DNA from: a virus
Length of the DNA: 64,000 nucleotides
Reading direction: 5' to 3' (one strand)
Virus record (IMG/VR): IMGVR_UViG_3300042484_002006
Positions 49,575-57,672 of this stretch are shown piece by piece. Below the pieces are notes generated by a model. The model was not told the DNA's origin and made no database searches. It worked only from the letters and a program-made list of their open reading frames with translations. The translations under genes and the position numbers were made by a program. The first letter of the stretch is position 1; each line of letters begins with the position of its first letter.

Positions 49575-50372
49575 ATGGATATGATTAAAGATAAAAAATT
49601 TTATAAAGATTATCCGATAGTTATTGGCCTAGCAGGTAAGGCAGCGACTGGGAAAACATCAGTTGCAGAAAAGATAGTCCCTAAAGCAGAAGTCAGTCCT
49701 GTGTCAAATCACGTTAAATGGGATCATTTGTTTTTTGCACTACCATTATATGAGTTGGCATCTATAAGAAAAAACTCATTGGGTTTTAGGCAGAAAGATC
49801 GTCAGTTATTTTCTATCCATGAGGTTGTGTATGACATTTTTGGCTCTAATGCCTTAGGCACTATTCCTGATTATGATATGTTTTGCCAGCTAGTGAAAGA
49901 TATCTATAATCTACCCATAGAGCCTGAAGGCTATAAGCCAAGATCTTTCCTACAAAAGGCAGGAGACTTGTGTAGGGCATACGATGAAGACTGCTTTTCT
50001 AAGTGGGGCATACTAAAAGCTAATAAATTATTTAGATCCCATATGAGAACTCCAGAGTTTGAGGATCAAGATATGCCGATGGCTATCATTATCTCTGATG
50101 TTAGATTTGAGAATGAAGCTAAGAAAATACTTGATCAACCCAATGGATTAATCATTTGCTACGAAGCGTCTGATGAGATTAGAAATGAAAGAATGATGCG
50201 TAGAGACGGACATGCCATGACTCCCGAGCAAATGAATCATAGATCAGAACAAGAAATTGATTTGATAAAAGAAAAAGCCTCTGCTATAATTAACACCGAC
50301 AACTTAAACATAGCGGAACAAGCATTAGCTACTACAAATTTAGTTCAAACTTTTACGGACGTGTATGCCTAA
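49575..50372 (+). CDS. deoxynucleoside monophosphate kinase; possible leaderless start at ATG 49581
   Basis: GLAGKAATGKT, LQKAGD, ISDVRFENE, HRSE. TGgTATAAT at 49566-49574. Confidence 0.8.
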   Translation: MDMIKDKKFYKDYPIVIGLAGKAATGKTSVAEKIVPKAEVSPVSNHVKWDHLFFALPLYELASIRKNSLGFRQKDRQLFSIHEVVYDIFGSNALGTIPDYDMFCQLVKDIYNLPIEPEGYKPRSFLQKAGDLCRAYDEDCFSKWGILKANKLFRSHMRTPEFEDQDMPMAIIISDVRFENEAKKILDQPNGLIICYEASDEIRNERMMRRDGHAMTPEQMNHRSEQEIDLIKEKASAIINTDNLNIAEQALATTNLVQTFTDVYA

Positions 50373-50685
50373 GATATCAAAAACAGCAATGGAGCAGTCA
50401 TTAGACTCTCCCATAGATCAGGTGGTGAATATTTTGAGTTCAGAAATATCTATTTCAACTAATCCAGTATTTATATGTGGAGTAAATAGAAAAATTAACA
50501 TTGGTAATTTTGAGAATATCGACGTATACGCAGGTATTACTTTGCCATTGAATGAAGTTTCTTTGGAAGATAAAGATAAGTTAACTGAAATGATCGAAGC
50601 TGCAGCTTCATATGGCTTTTCAATTGTTTCAAAAGAAACAGGCGAAAGATATCAGTTAATTAAAGAATCACAACAAGGAAAATAA
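50365..50685 (+). CDS. hypothetical protein
   Basis: RKINIGNFENIDVYAGITL; coupled to the kinase. Confidence 0.6.
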   Translation: MPKISKTAMEQSLDSPIDQVVNILSSEISISTNPVFICGVNRKINIGNFENIDVYAGITLPLNEVSLEDKDKLTEMIEAAASYGFSIVSKETGERYQLIKESQQGK

Positions 50686-50728
50686 TAAACAATAGTTAGC
50701 TAACAAATATTGAAAAGGATAAAAAATA

Positions 50729-51040
50729 ATGATGAAACTAATTAGAAAAATAGCAAGAAAAATTCTATTTAAAAAGAAAACAAAAATTGGTGGATATGAC
50801 TTAGATGATAAAACTAATGTCAAGGAAGACGAGCCGATTATTTGGATGACTCCAACCACGTCGGTTAATTCAACCCCTAAAGATATAAAAATTACACCCG
50901 CTAATCCAGCGGATAAGACCGTTAGCCCTACTACTGCAGCTAAGAAGCCAGGTAGACCAAAGGGACAAGTGTCCAAGAATCATGGTGGCACTAAGCCTGC
51001 AAAAAAGGTTGCACCAAAAAGTAATCCAAATAAAAAATAA
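50729..51040 (+). CDS. Lys/Pro-rich basic protein with AT-hook-like KKPGRPK
   Basis: Low-complexity basic C-terminus. Confidence 0.55.
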   Translation: MMKLIRKIARKILFKKKTKIGGYDLDDKTNVKEDEPIIWMTPTTSVNSTPKDIKITPANPADKTVSPTTAAKKPGRPKGQVSKNHGGTKPAKKVAPKSNPNKK

Positions 51041-51058
51041 CACAACTAAATCGTCTTT

Positions 51059-51107
51059 AATAGACTAGTTATATAGGGTTTTTACACTACTATATAACTA
51101 GTCTATT
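51059..51107. repeat. perfect 18-bp inverted repeat with 13-nt spacer
   Basis: AATAGACTAGTTATATAG (51059-51076) and CTATATAACTAGTCTATT (51090-51107); overlaps TACTATA at 51088. Confidence 0.9.
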
Positions 51108-51125
51108 ATTTTAAGGTGGGTCATT

Positions 51126-51275
51126 ATGGCTAAGGATAAAGGTTGGGGAAGCAAGACTTCTTCAGACAACAATTATTATAAATTATTGAAAGATTCAGTA
51201 ATGAACGTTATCGATACTCCACGTAAAGGTGGACATTATTCAAGTCAGTGGACGGCTTACAAGAATAAAAAGTAA
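51126..51275 (+). CDS. 49-aa basic protein (missed by ORF track)
   Basis: MAKDKGWGSKTSSDNNYYKLLKDSVMNVIDTPRKGGHYSSQWTAYKNKK; AAGGTGGG RBS. Confidence 0.6.
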   Translation: MAKDKGWGSKTSSDNNYYKLLKDSVMNVIDTPRKGGHYSSQWTAYKNKK

Positions 51276-51277
51276 CC

Positions 51278-51391
51278 ATGGCAATAAAGAAATTTGTCTA
51301 TATAAGTGGACCTAGAATGGGAACCAGCAACCAAAACAGTGGTGGTCCCGTTATATCTAAAGCACCAAAGAAAAAGAAAAAAAAGAAATAA
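51278..51391 (+). CDS. 37-aa basic peptide with K7 tail (missed by ORF track)
   Basis: MAIKKFVYISGPRMGTSNQNSGGPVISKAPKKKKKKK. Confidence 0.5.
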   Translation: MAIKKFVYISGPRMGTSNQNSGGPVISKAPKKKKKKK

Positions 51392-51418
51392 CTTTATCTT
51401 ATTTAGTCAGGAACAACA

Positions 51419-51706
51419 ATGCCCACAAAAAAAGATTCACGTCTAACTAAAGCTGGGGTTACTGGCTACAATAAACCTAAGCGTACGCCCAGTCATCCCA
51501 CTAAGTCACATGTAGTTGTGGCTAAGTCCGGTGATAAAGTTAAAACCATTCGCTTTGGACAGCAAGGTGTATCTGGATCTCCCGCGAAAAAGGGTGAATC
51601 CGCTTCTGACGCAGCAAGAAGAAAGTCTTTTAAAGCACGCCACGCAGCAAACATTGCAAAAGGTAAATTGTCAGCAGCTTTTTGGGCCAATAAAGTTAAA
51701 TGGTGA
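51419..51706 (+). CDS. small basic protein of a family recurrent in aquatic phages
   Basis: KSHVVVAK..KTIRFGQQG..RRKSFKARH..SAAFWANKVKW. Confidence 0.7.
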   Translation: MPTKKDSRLTKAGVTGYNKPKRTPSHPTKSHVVVAKSGDKVKTIRFGQQGVSGSPAKKGESASDAARRKSFKARHAANIAKGKLSAAFWANKVKW

Positions 51707-51709
51707 ATC

Positions 51710-51976
51710 ATGTCAGCTTTCTGGTCTACAATCATTTCAGCTGTAATTTTGGGGCCACTAGTTGTACTCATTCAGAGAAGCCGTAAAGAAAATAAAAATG
51801 ATCATAACACAGTAGCTTCTGTCTTACTAGAGGTTAAGGACCAAATCATTGACCTCCATCTAAAGATAGACCATGTAGATGAGCAGGTCGACAAAGTTGA
51901 CGACCAAATGCAGGGTCACATGATGTGGCATTACAAGAAATCTACTGAAGGAAAGAAAAAAGTAGAGGGGGTGTAA
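51710..51976 (+). CDS. N-terminally membrane-anchored coiled-coil protein
   Basis: FWSTIISAVILGPLVVLI followed by heptads. Confidence 0.6.
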   Translation: MSAFWSTIISAVILGPLVVLIQRSRKENKNDHNTVASVLLEVKDQIIDLHLKIDHVDEQVDKVDDQMQGHMMWHYKKSTEGKKKVEGV

Positions 51977-51978
51977 TT

Positions 51979-52092
51979 ATGGCTGGTCACGTCGGAAATA
52001 AAAAAATGAGTGGATCTAAGAAGATGAGCACTAAAAAAATGAGTACCAAGAAAATGGGTACTAAGAAAATGGGTACCAAGAAAATGTACTGA
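51979..52092 (+). CDS. 37-aa peptide built from KKM(S/G)T repeats (missed by ORF track)
   Basis: MAGHVGNKKMSGSKKMSTKKMSTKKMGTKKMGTKKMY; GAGGGGGTG RBS; 15-bp DNA repeat units. Confidence 0.6.
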   Translation: MAGHVGNKKMSGSKKMSTKKMSTKKMGTKKMGTKKMY

Positions 52093-52133
52093 AATTAATT
52101 TTCAGTCTTAGTTTAAGGCAAAGGAATAAAATT

Positions 52134-52268
52134 ATGGCAATGATGAAAAAGAAAGCAGCTGCACCTAAGAAGACAGCTTCAAAAAAGACAGCTGGTCTTA
52201 CAGCGGCACAAAAGAAACTTCCACCTTTTATCCAGGCTGCAATAGCTAAGAAAAAGAAGAAGATGTAA
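52134..52268 (+). CDS. 44-aa Lys/Ala-rich histone H1-like peptide (missed by ORF track)
   Basis: MAMMKKKAAAPKKTASKKTAGLTAAQKKLPPFIQAAIAKKKKKM; AAGGA RBS; followed by a terminator. Confidence 0.65.
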   Translation: MAMMKKKAAAPKKTASKKTAGLTAAQKKLPPFIQAAIAKKKKKM

Positions 52269-52284
52269 TTTAATCGTTTTAATT

Positions 52285-52320
52285 AAAAGGGCTATGGCTA
52301 CATGTCATAGCCCTTTTTTT
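52285..52320 (+). terminator. intrinsic terminator
   Basis: AAAAGGGCTATGGC-tacat-GTCATAGCCC-TTTTTTT. Confidence 0.85.
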
Positions 52321-52329
52321 ATTTGTGTC

Positions 52330-52338
52330 ATTACTATA
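52330..52338 (+). promoter_or_regulatory. TACTATA motif, putative late promoter
   Basis: atTACTATA; TACTAT starts 41 nt before ATG 52373. Confidence 0.55.
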
Positions 52339-52372
52339 TCTCCCGCGGACAAGTTAAAAAATTGAGGGAGAT

Positions 52373-53788
52373 ATGTCTAAATTCAAAAATATTTTATCAG
52401 TATTGCTAATAACAATAGGTATTGGATTGTTTTTAAATCCAGTTAGTAACTCATCAGTAGCATTGGCTACTAGTGGCGGTGGTGGACCAATCGTATTAGA
52501 TGGAATGGATCCAGTTTGTCACTCTGGATGGGAAAGTACTGGACAATATATAGCCAAGGTTCTTAAGAAGGTACATGATGGTGCGCGAAATCTAAACAAT
52601 GGCCATATTGCAATTGTCGGATCTAACGCAACAACCACTTCATGTGGGGCTAACTGGGCCAGTCAATTAAGTGCACAGTTTTTAGTTGAATTTCCCACTG
52701 CTCCTATAATTGATTTTTATATTACAGATTCACAAATAAGCAATTTTTTTAGTACTACAATTACGTCTAATCCTCCAGCTGTATTATGGATACCAGATAA
52801 CTGGAGTCGTTCATCCGGCACTGAAGCAATATTTACAGCCAATGCAGAAAAGATAGCTGACTTTGTTAATGGTGGTGGCGGTCTGTTTGCAAATATGGGA
52901 TCGTACGGTTGGCTGACTGCACTTTTACCTGGCGCTATCTATAATAATGGAGGGTGCAATGGTGGACCAGAAGCTACAACTGATGGGGTAAATGATTTTG
53001 GTTTAACAAATACACTTGTAGCTGCGTGCTGGCATGGGTATTTCACCGGCAATGTAGGAACATTAAAGACTCTTGTCGACTACCCATATCCAGAAGCATC
53101 CGACTCTAGAAAGGCTGTTTCCATTGGAGGTGGCAGTGTATCTCTTCCTAGTTCTTTTGTACTATCATATAGTCCTGCAACCCCTCGTGCAGGTGAGCCA
53201 ATTACTATTACAGCAACGGCTCAAACTTTAGCTGGAGTACCACAGTCTGGAGTCACAGTATCAATGACAGTTTTCTCTGGTCCAGATTTAGGGCAAACCT
53301 TTACCGCAACAACTGATGCAAGTGGTATAGCTAACATCACTGTCAACACGGCATCGCAGGGCACGGCAGTTTATACCGCTAGTGCAACGGTTAATGGTGT
53401 AGTTAAAGTTGTCTCAATTACGGTTTTATGGGATGCGCCAGCGCCTACTACGACTATTGCAACAACGACGATTGCTCCCACTACTATCCCCCTAACTACA
53501 GTTCCCGAAACAACTACAACTCAAGCCCCTATCGTAACTGAACCCGAAACTACAACTACTATTATGAATGTTACAACAGTGCCACAAATAATCGTGGAGG
53601 AAACCACAACAACAGTTCACGACCACAGTAGTCATGATCATGGGTCACAAGATACTCCGCAGAGCCCACTTCCAACGACAGGGCAAGACGGTAGTTCATC
53701 TATGAGTATCGGCGCGTTTTTGATTACTATAGGTATAGCAATATTTATATTGAATCGAAGGACTAGAAAATATGGCAAAGCCAGTTGA
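52373..53788 (+). CDS. secreted cell-wall-anchored protein: signal peptide, globular domain, Big-1/Ig-like domain, Thr-rich stalk, LPxTG signal
   Basis: N-terminal signal peptide; GVTVSMTV..ATTDASGIANIT; TTT stalk; LPTTG (53669-53683), then a TM helix and RRTRK tail. Confidence 0.78.
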   Translation: MSKFKNILSVLLITIGIGLFLNPVSNSSVALATSGGGGPIVLDGMDPVCHSGWESTGQYIAKVLKKVHDGARNLNNGHIAIVGSNATTTSCGANWASQLSAQFLVEFPTAPIIDFYITDSQISNFFSTTITSNPPAVLWIPDNWSRSSGTEAIFTANAEKIADFVNGGGGLFANMGSYGWLTALLPGAIYNNGGCNGGPEATTDGVNDFGLTNTLVAACWHGYFTGNVGTLKTLVDYPYPEASDSRKAVSIGGGSVSLPSSFVLSYSPATPRAGEPITITATAQTLAGVPQSGVTVSMTVFSGPDLGQTFTATTDASGIANITVNTASQGTAVYTASATVNGVVKVVSITVLWDAPAPTTTIATTTIAPTTIPLTTVPETTTTQAPIVTEPETTTTIMNVTTVPQIIVEETTTTVHDHSSHDHGSQDTPQSPLPTTGQDGSSSMSIGAFLITIGIAIFILNRRTRKYGKAS

Positions 53789-53981
53789 TAAAAAATGGAT
53801 TCAAAAAGCCATTAAAAGACCTGGGGCATTTACAGCTAAAGCTAAAAAAGCTGGTAAAACTCCAGCAGGCTTTGCTGCAACAGTTACAAAAAATCCAGGT
53901 AGATATAGTAAACTAACTGTACAGCAGGCTAATTTTGCTAAGACTTTGAAAAAAATAACAAATAAAAATAGGAAAAAATGA
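53772..53981 (+). CDS. 69-aa basic protein
   Basis: KKWIQKAIKRPGAF..ANFAKTLKK. Confidence 0.65.
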   Translation: MAKPVDKKWIQKAIKRPGAFTAKAKKAGKTPAGFAATVTKNPGRYSKLTVQQANFAKTLKKITNKNRKK

Positions 53982-54631
53982 GAATAAATAGACCTTACAC
54001 TGGTACAAAAGATGTAAATTCTAACATGAGCCAAAGAAAAAGGCCTGGAACGAAAACGCTTCTTGATTATATTTGTTATTTCTTTCAAATGCAACAGGTT
54101 AGTTTTCTTAATGACACCATAACCTCTGTGCATTATACAGGTAGAGCTATTGATGTTGGCCCTATAGTTCCAGCAGGTGGTGATTATAGATATCTAAATA
54201 TAAATTTGTTCAGATTTTTGAATAAATATGCAGATGATTTAGGGATAGAAGAGATCCATGATTATAGTGGAATATATGTTCCAGGAACCAAAACACCTAC
54301 CGTCAAAAGTTATCCAAGACTTGCTACAGATCCTCCAGAAAAATATCCACAAAAAAATATGTATGGAGCTGGCTATCGATGTGATAGAGGATCCAAAACG
54401 CTTCCGGTAGCATCAGGGAATTATTATGGGTCATCAGATAATTTTTATGGGTGGCTGATTTGGGATGAAAAAGCTCATAAATCTCACGGTGGGAAGACCC
54501 GTGGAAGCACTCATATACACATAGAAGTCAGCCCTAAAATGTCAGAAAACTCAATAGAGATGTCGAACAGATTCTTGAAAGGTTATAAGAATTTTACCAA
54601 GATCTATGGTGGTTGGGTAAGTTTTGCATAG
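53978..54631 (+). CDS. M15-like Zn peptidase (putative cell-wall hydrolase)
   Basis: SVHYTGRAID...HIHIE. Confidence 0.6.
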   Translation: MRINRPYTGTKDVNSNMSQRKRPGTKTLLDYICYFFQMQQVSFLNDTITSVHYTGRAIDVGPIVPAGGDYRYLNINLFRFLNKYADDLGIEEIHDYSGIYVPGTKTPTVKSYPRLATDPPEKYPQKNMYGAGYRCDRGSKTLPVASGNYYGSSDNFYGWLIWDEKAHKSHGGKTRGSTHIHIEVSPKMSENSIEMSNRFLKGYKNFTKIYGGWVSFA

Positions 54632-54666
54632 CATATATGAAGTAATTTCAATATGCCTTATTTATC

Positions 54667-54675
54667 ATTACTATG
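54667..54675 (+). promoter_or_regulatory. TACTATG motif, putative late promoter
   Basis: atTACTATG; TACTAT starts 37 nt before the endolysin ATG. Confidence 0.5.
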
Positions 54676-54705
54676 ATATCAAATAAGAAAATAGGAGATT
54701 AATAC

Positions 54706-55518
54706 ATGAGTCAATACCCTTACATAAAACTAGTTGTCCCAACTGCCCTTAAGCAATACAAGAATGGCCAATTAGCGGAAAGCGTCCTCGCTTCAGTAAA
54801 AACTGGAGGAAAAATGTATGCACCAGTCGCAGCACAATTTGATAAGATGTACGACGCTGCGTTAGCTGCTGGTTTTAAGCTTAAAAACGTTGGAGATTAC
54901 CGCTCATTCCAGGGTCAGTTGTCAATGTTTATGGATCGCTATGTAACAACTGACACTGGCACTGGTGTTACTCGTCAATATGAGGGTAAGACTTGGTGGT
55001 TGAAGAAGGGCAAAGCTCCCTCAGCTGCCCCAGACCCAACTGGCCTTAAGGGTTCCAATCACGGCTGGGGACTAGCAATTGACCTTGGCTATGACGCCAA
55101 TGGCAAACTCACCTCAATGGGTGGAAAATGTTTTGAGTGGATGTGCGCCAATGCACCAAAGTATGGTTTCTACCTACAAGGTAATAACGCAGCCTCTAAA
55201 GAATTTGAAGCTTGGCACTGGCAGTACGCTTTAGGCGACTCTTCGCCTGATGGCTCTGTGCAAGTTTCAGCAGAGGCTTTAAAGCCCTCTGGAGGCTCCG
55301 TAGAGGCTGGCCCCATGAACTTTGAGTACCCTGGTACTCCAGTCGGTCTTGGGTCAAAGGGAGTATCAGCTTCTCTTGTCCAAGCAATGATTGGAGCAAA
55401 AGCTGATGGTGATTTTGGACCCAAGTCTGTCGCCTCGCTTAAGGCATGGCAGACTGCTAATGGCTTAACCGCCGATGGCTCAGTAGGCCCTGTGACTTGG
55501 AAGAAGATGTTTGGCTGA
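54706..55518 (+). CDS. endolysin: M15B/VanY-type peptidase plus C-terminal PGBD
   Basis: DYRSFQGQ, SNHGWGLAID, EAWHWQY; ADGDFGPKS..WQTANGLTADGSVGPVTW. Confidence 0.88.
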   Translation: MSQYPYIKLVVPTALKQYKNGQLAESVLASVKTGGKMYAPVAAQFDKMYDAALAAGFKLKNVGDYRSFQGQLSMFMDRYVTTDTGTGVTRQYEGKTWWLKKGKAPSAAPDPTGLKGSNHGWGLAIDLGYDANGKLTSMGGKCFEWMCANAPKYGFYLQGNNAASKEFEAWHWQYALGDSSPDGSVQVSAEALKPSGGSVEAGPMNFEYPGTPVGLGSKGVSASLVQAMIGAKADGDFGPKSVASLKAWQTANGLTADGSVGPVTWKKMFG

Positions 55519-55709
55519 TGCGTAAAGTAATTTTAACATTAGCAGCTGTGTTAGGTGCATTTTGCATGGGATTATTAAGCGGATGTAGTGATTCGTACAG
55601 GTATCCATGTCAGGATCCAGCTAACTGGGAGAGTGCGGATTGTAAACCACCAATTTGTACAGCTTCTGGCACATGTCCAGAAGATATATATGGGAGTGTT
55701 CCTCAATGA
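55518..55709 (+). CDS. small Cys-rich lipoprotein
   Basis: Signal peptide with lipobox LSGC, then RYPCQDPANW..CKPPIC..GTC. Confidence 0.7.
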   Translation: MRKVILTLAAVLGAFCMGLLSGCSDSYRYPCQDPANWESADCKPPICTASGTCPEDIYGSVPQ

Positions 55710-56011
55710 ATGAAAAGAAAAGATATACAAATAGTGAAATAAAAGCTCGTATGGTTTTATTTGTGGGTGCGACTTTAGCATTTACATTTACGGTTATTGT
55801 TTGTGGCGTAATGTACGCTTTAGTATTCGTTACTCAGCCAATCGACCAACAAAGCCCCAATGACAAAGCTTTTATTGATTCCCTGTTAGTTCCAATAGTT
55901 CTATTCCTTTCCGGATGTTTGTCAGGAGTTCTCGCAGCAAACGGTTTGAAGGACAAGGAAACAAAGCCTACAGATAGCGGATATCAGATTTACGATCAAG
56001 ATAGAAGCTAA
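55706..56011 (+). CDS. two-TM membrane protein (holin-like/lysis accessory)
   Basis: MVLFVGATLAFTFTVIVCGVMYALVF and LLVPIVLFLSGCLSGVLA; start ATG 55706 overlaps the upstream stop. Confidence 0.65.
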   Translation: MNEKKRYTNSEIKARMVLFVGATLAFTFTVIVCGVMYALVFVTQPIDQQSPNDKAFIDSLLVPIVLFLSGCLSGVLAANGLKDKETKPTDSGYQIYDQDRS

Positions 56012-56013
56012 TT

Positions 56014-56130
56014 ATGACAGCCAAAAAAGCATCTGATAAAATTAAAAAAGAAATTGAAAAAGATAAAAAAAACAAAGGTCAGTTTTATAAAGATGATTAT
56101 GAAAAAAATTTAAAGAAAAGAAAAAAGTAA
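56014..56130 (+). CDS. 38-aa Lys-rich peptide (missed by ORF track)
   Basis: MTAKKASDKIKKEIEKDKKNKGQFYKDDYEKNLKKRKK. Confidence 0.5.
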   Translation: MTAKKASDKIKKEIEKDKKNKGQFYKDDYEKNLKKRKK

Positions 56131-56306
56131 TGGCAGAGAAAAGAAATGTTCCAAAGAATCCAAAGCTATGGAGTCAAGCTAAGTCGCAAGCAAAATCAAA
56201 GTTTGATGTCTATCCTTCAGCATATGCAAATGCTTGGGCGGCTAAAAAGTATAAAGCGTTGGGCGGGGCATGGAAAACTACTTCAGCTCCCAGAAAAAAG
56301 AAATGA
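56130..56306 (+). CDS. 58-aa basic protein (missed by ORF track)
   Basis: MAEKRNVPKNPKLWSQAKSQAKSKFDVYPSAYANAWAAKKYKALGGAWKTTSAPRKKK; TAATG coupling. Confidence 0.7.
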   Translation: MAEKRNVPKNPKLWSQAKSQAKSKFDVYPSAYANAWAAKKYKALGGAWKTTSAPRKKK

Positions 56307-56312
56307 TATAAT

Positions 56313-56585
56313 ATGGCTGGCCCAAAAGGTGTAGGCTTAACTAAATGGTTTAATCAAAAATGGGTTAACATTGGTGCACCTAAGAAGAATGGTAAGTGGC
56401 AACCCTGTGGAACCTCTGGTAAGGGTGGCGGATATGCCAAGTGTCTACCAGTAGCAAAAGCAAATGCACTTTCGCCCGCGCAAAGAAAGAGTGCAGTACA
56501 AAGAAAAAGAGCACAAGGCACGCCAGTCAAAGGGGCTAAAGGGCAAGCTCCAAGGAATGTATCAACTCTTAAGAAGAAAAAATAA
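56313..56585 (+). CDS. 90-aa basic protein
   Basis: GLTKWFNQKWV..PCG..YAKCLP..RKSAVQRKR. Confidence 0.7.
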   Translation: MAGPKGVGLTKWFNQKWVNIGAPKKNGKWQPCGTSGKGGGYAKCLPVAKANALSPAQRKSAVQRKRAQGTPVKGAKGQAPRNVSTLKKKK

Positions 56586-56794
56586 TGGATGATATGACCT
56601 TTGCTGGTTTTATGCCAGCAATGAAGAATATAGAAATTACTCCATCAACTTCAATGATAACAACAGAGGGCGGATTAATCAAGGGGCATGTGATAAAATT
56701 GACGTTTGGAGATAATCAAGAAATGATTTTCAGCACTACCGAAGAACAACTACAGAAATTATTCTTTTTAATTTTAAAAACAGTTAATAAATAA
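56585..56794 (+). CDS. hypothetical protein
   Basis: 69 aa, TAATG coupling. Confidence 0.55.
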   Translation: MDDMTFAGFMPAMKNIEITPSTSMITTEGGLIKGHVIKLTFGDNQEMIFSTTEEQLQKLFFLILKTVNK

Positions 56795-56807
56795 ATTACT
56801 ATTATAA

Positions 56808-56850
56808 AGTGGTGGTGTGGTGTGACTTTAGAGAGCACTGCACCACCATT
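56808..56850 (+). other. intergenic RNA hairpin between a TACTAT motif and an extended -10 promoter
   Basis: GGTGGTGTGGTG pairs with CACTGCACCACC (two G-U pairs). TACTATT at 56797; TGtTATAAT at 56853-56861. Confidence 0.55.
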
Positions 56851-56905
56851 TGTGTTATAATGATTACAGCGATTAAATACATAAGCCAGACTGAAACAGG
56901 TACAT

Positions 56906-57664
56906 ATGGCAAAGATACTTTATTATGATATAGAAACTGCACCAAACCTCAGTTATGTTTGGGGGCACTTTGAACAAAATGTTATTGAACATGAACGCGA
57001 ATGGTACTTACTGTGCGTCTCATATAGATGGGAACATGAAAATAAAACACAAGTCTGTGCTCTCGTAGATTTCCCAGACACCTATGCTAAAGACCCAGAA
57101 AATGATATACATGTTGCAAAGAAGTTATGGGACCTCTTAGATGAAGCTGATATCGTTATTGCTCATAATGGAGATAGATTCGATATGCGTAAAGCAAATG
57201 CAAGATTTGTTTACCACAATCTAGGACCGGTCTCGCCAGTAAAACAAATTGATACATTAAAATCTGCCAGAAGATACTTTATGTTCAATAGCAATAAGCT
57301 AGATAACTTAGGTAAGCACTTGGGCGTAGGTGCCAAGGTGGATACGGGCGGCTTTGCTACATGGGCTGGATGCATGCGTGGAGACATGAAGGCATGGAAG
57401 ACTATGACAAAGTATGCCAAACAAGACGTTGACTTGTTGCGTAATGTCTATATGAAACTGAGACCATGGATGGCTAATCATCCAAATCTTAATGTATATT
57501 CAGGAGAAAGCTCTTGTCCAATATGTGAATCAGAAGATCTTCAACGTCGTGGACAACGATACACTCAAGTAGCAACGTACCAACAGTGGTACTGCAACTC
57601 ATGCGGAGCATGGAGTAGAACTAGAATGTCAGAAGATGTGGAAAAACCTGGTATAGTTTCCTAA
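56906..57664 (+). CDS. DEDD/RNase H-like 3'-5' exonuclease with C-terminal Zn ribbon
   Basis: YYDIETAP, AHNGDRFD, IDTLK, YAKQDVDLL, CPICES..CNSCG. Confidence 0.8.
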   Translation: MAKILYYDIETAPNLSYVWGHFEQNVIEHEREWYLLCVSYRWEHENKTQVCALVDFPDTYAKDPENDIHVAKKLWDLLDEADIVIAHNGDRFDMRKANARFVYHNLGPVSPVKQIDTLKSARRYFMFNSNKLDNLGKHLGVGAKVDTGGFATWAGCMRGDMKAWKTMTKYAKQDVDLLRNVYMKLRPWMANHPNLNVYSGESSCPICESEDLQRRGQRYTQVATYQQWYCNSCGAWSRTRMSEDVEKPGIVS

Positions 57665-57672
57665 TAAATTTA

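Noticed and set aside
5441-53731. TACTATA copies inside coding regions (e.g. 5443, 53725)
   Set aside because: Explained by Thr-Ile codons and AT-richness, so not counted as promoters.
56146-56334. 62-aa ORF MFQRIQSYG..
   Set aside because: The alternative frame 56130-56306 is coupled to both neighbours and has a recognisable motif.
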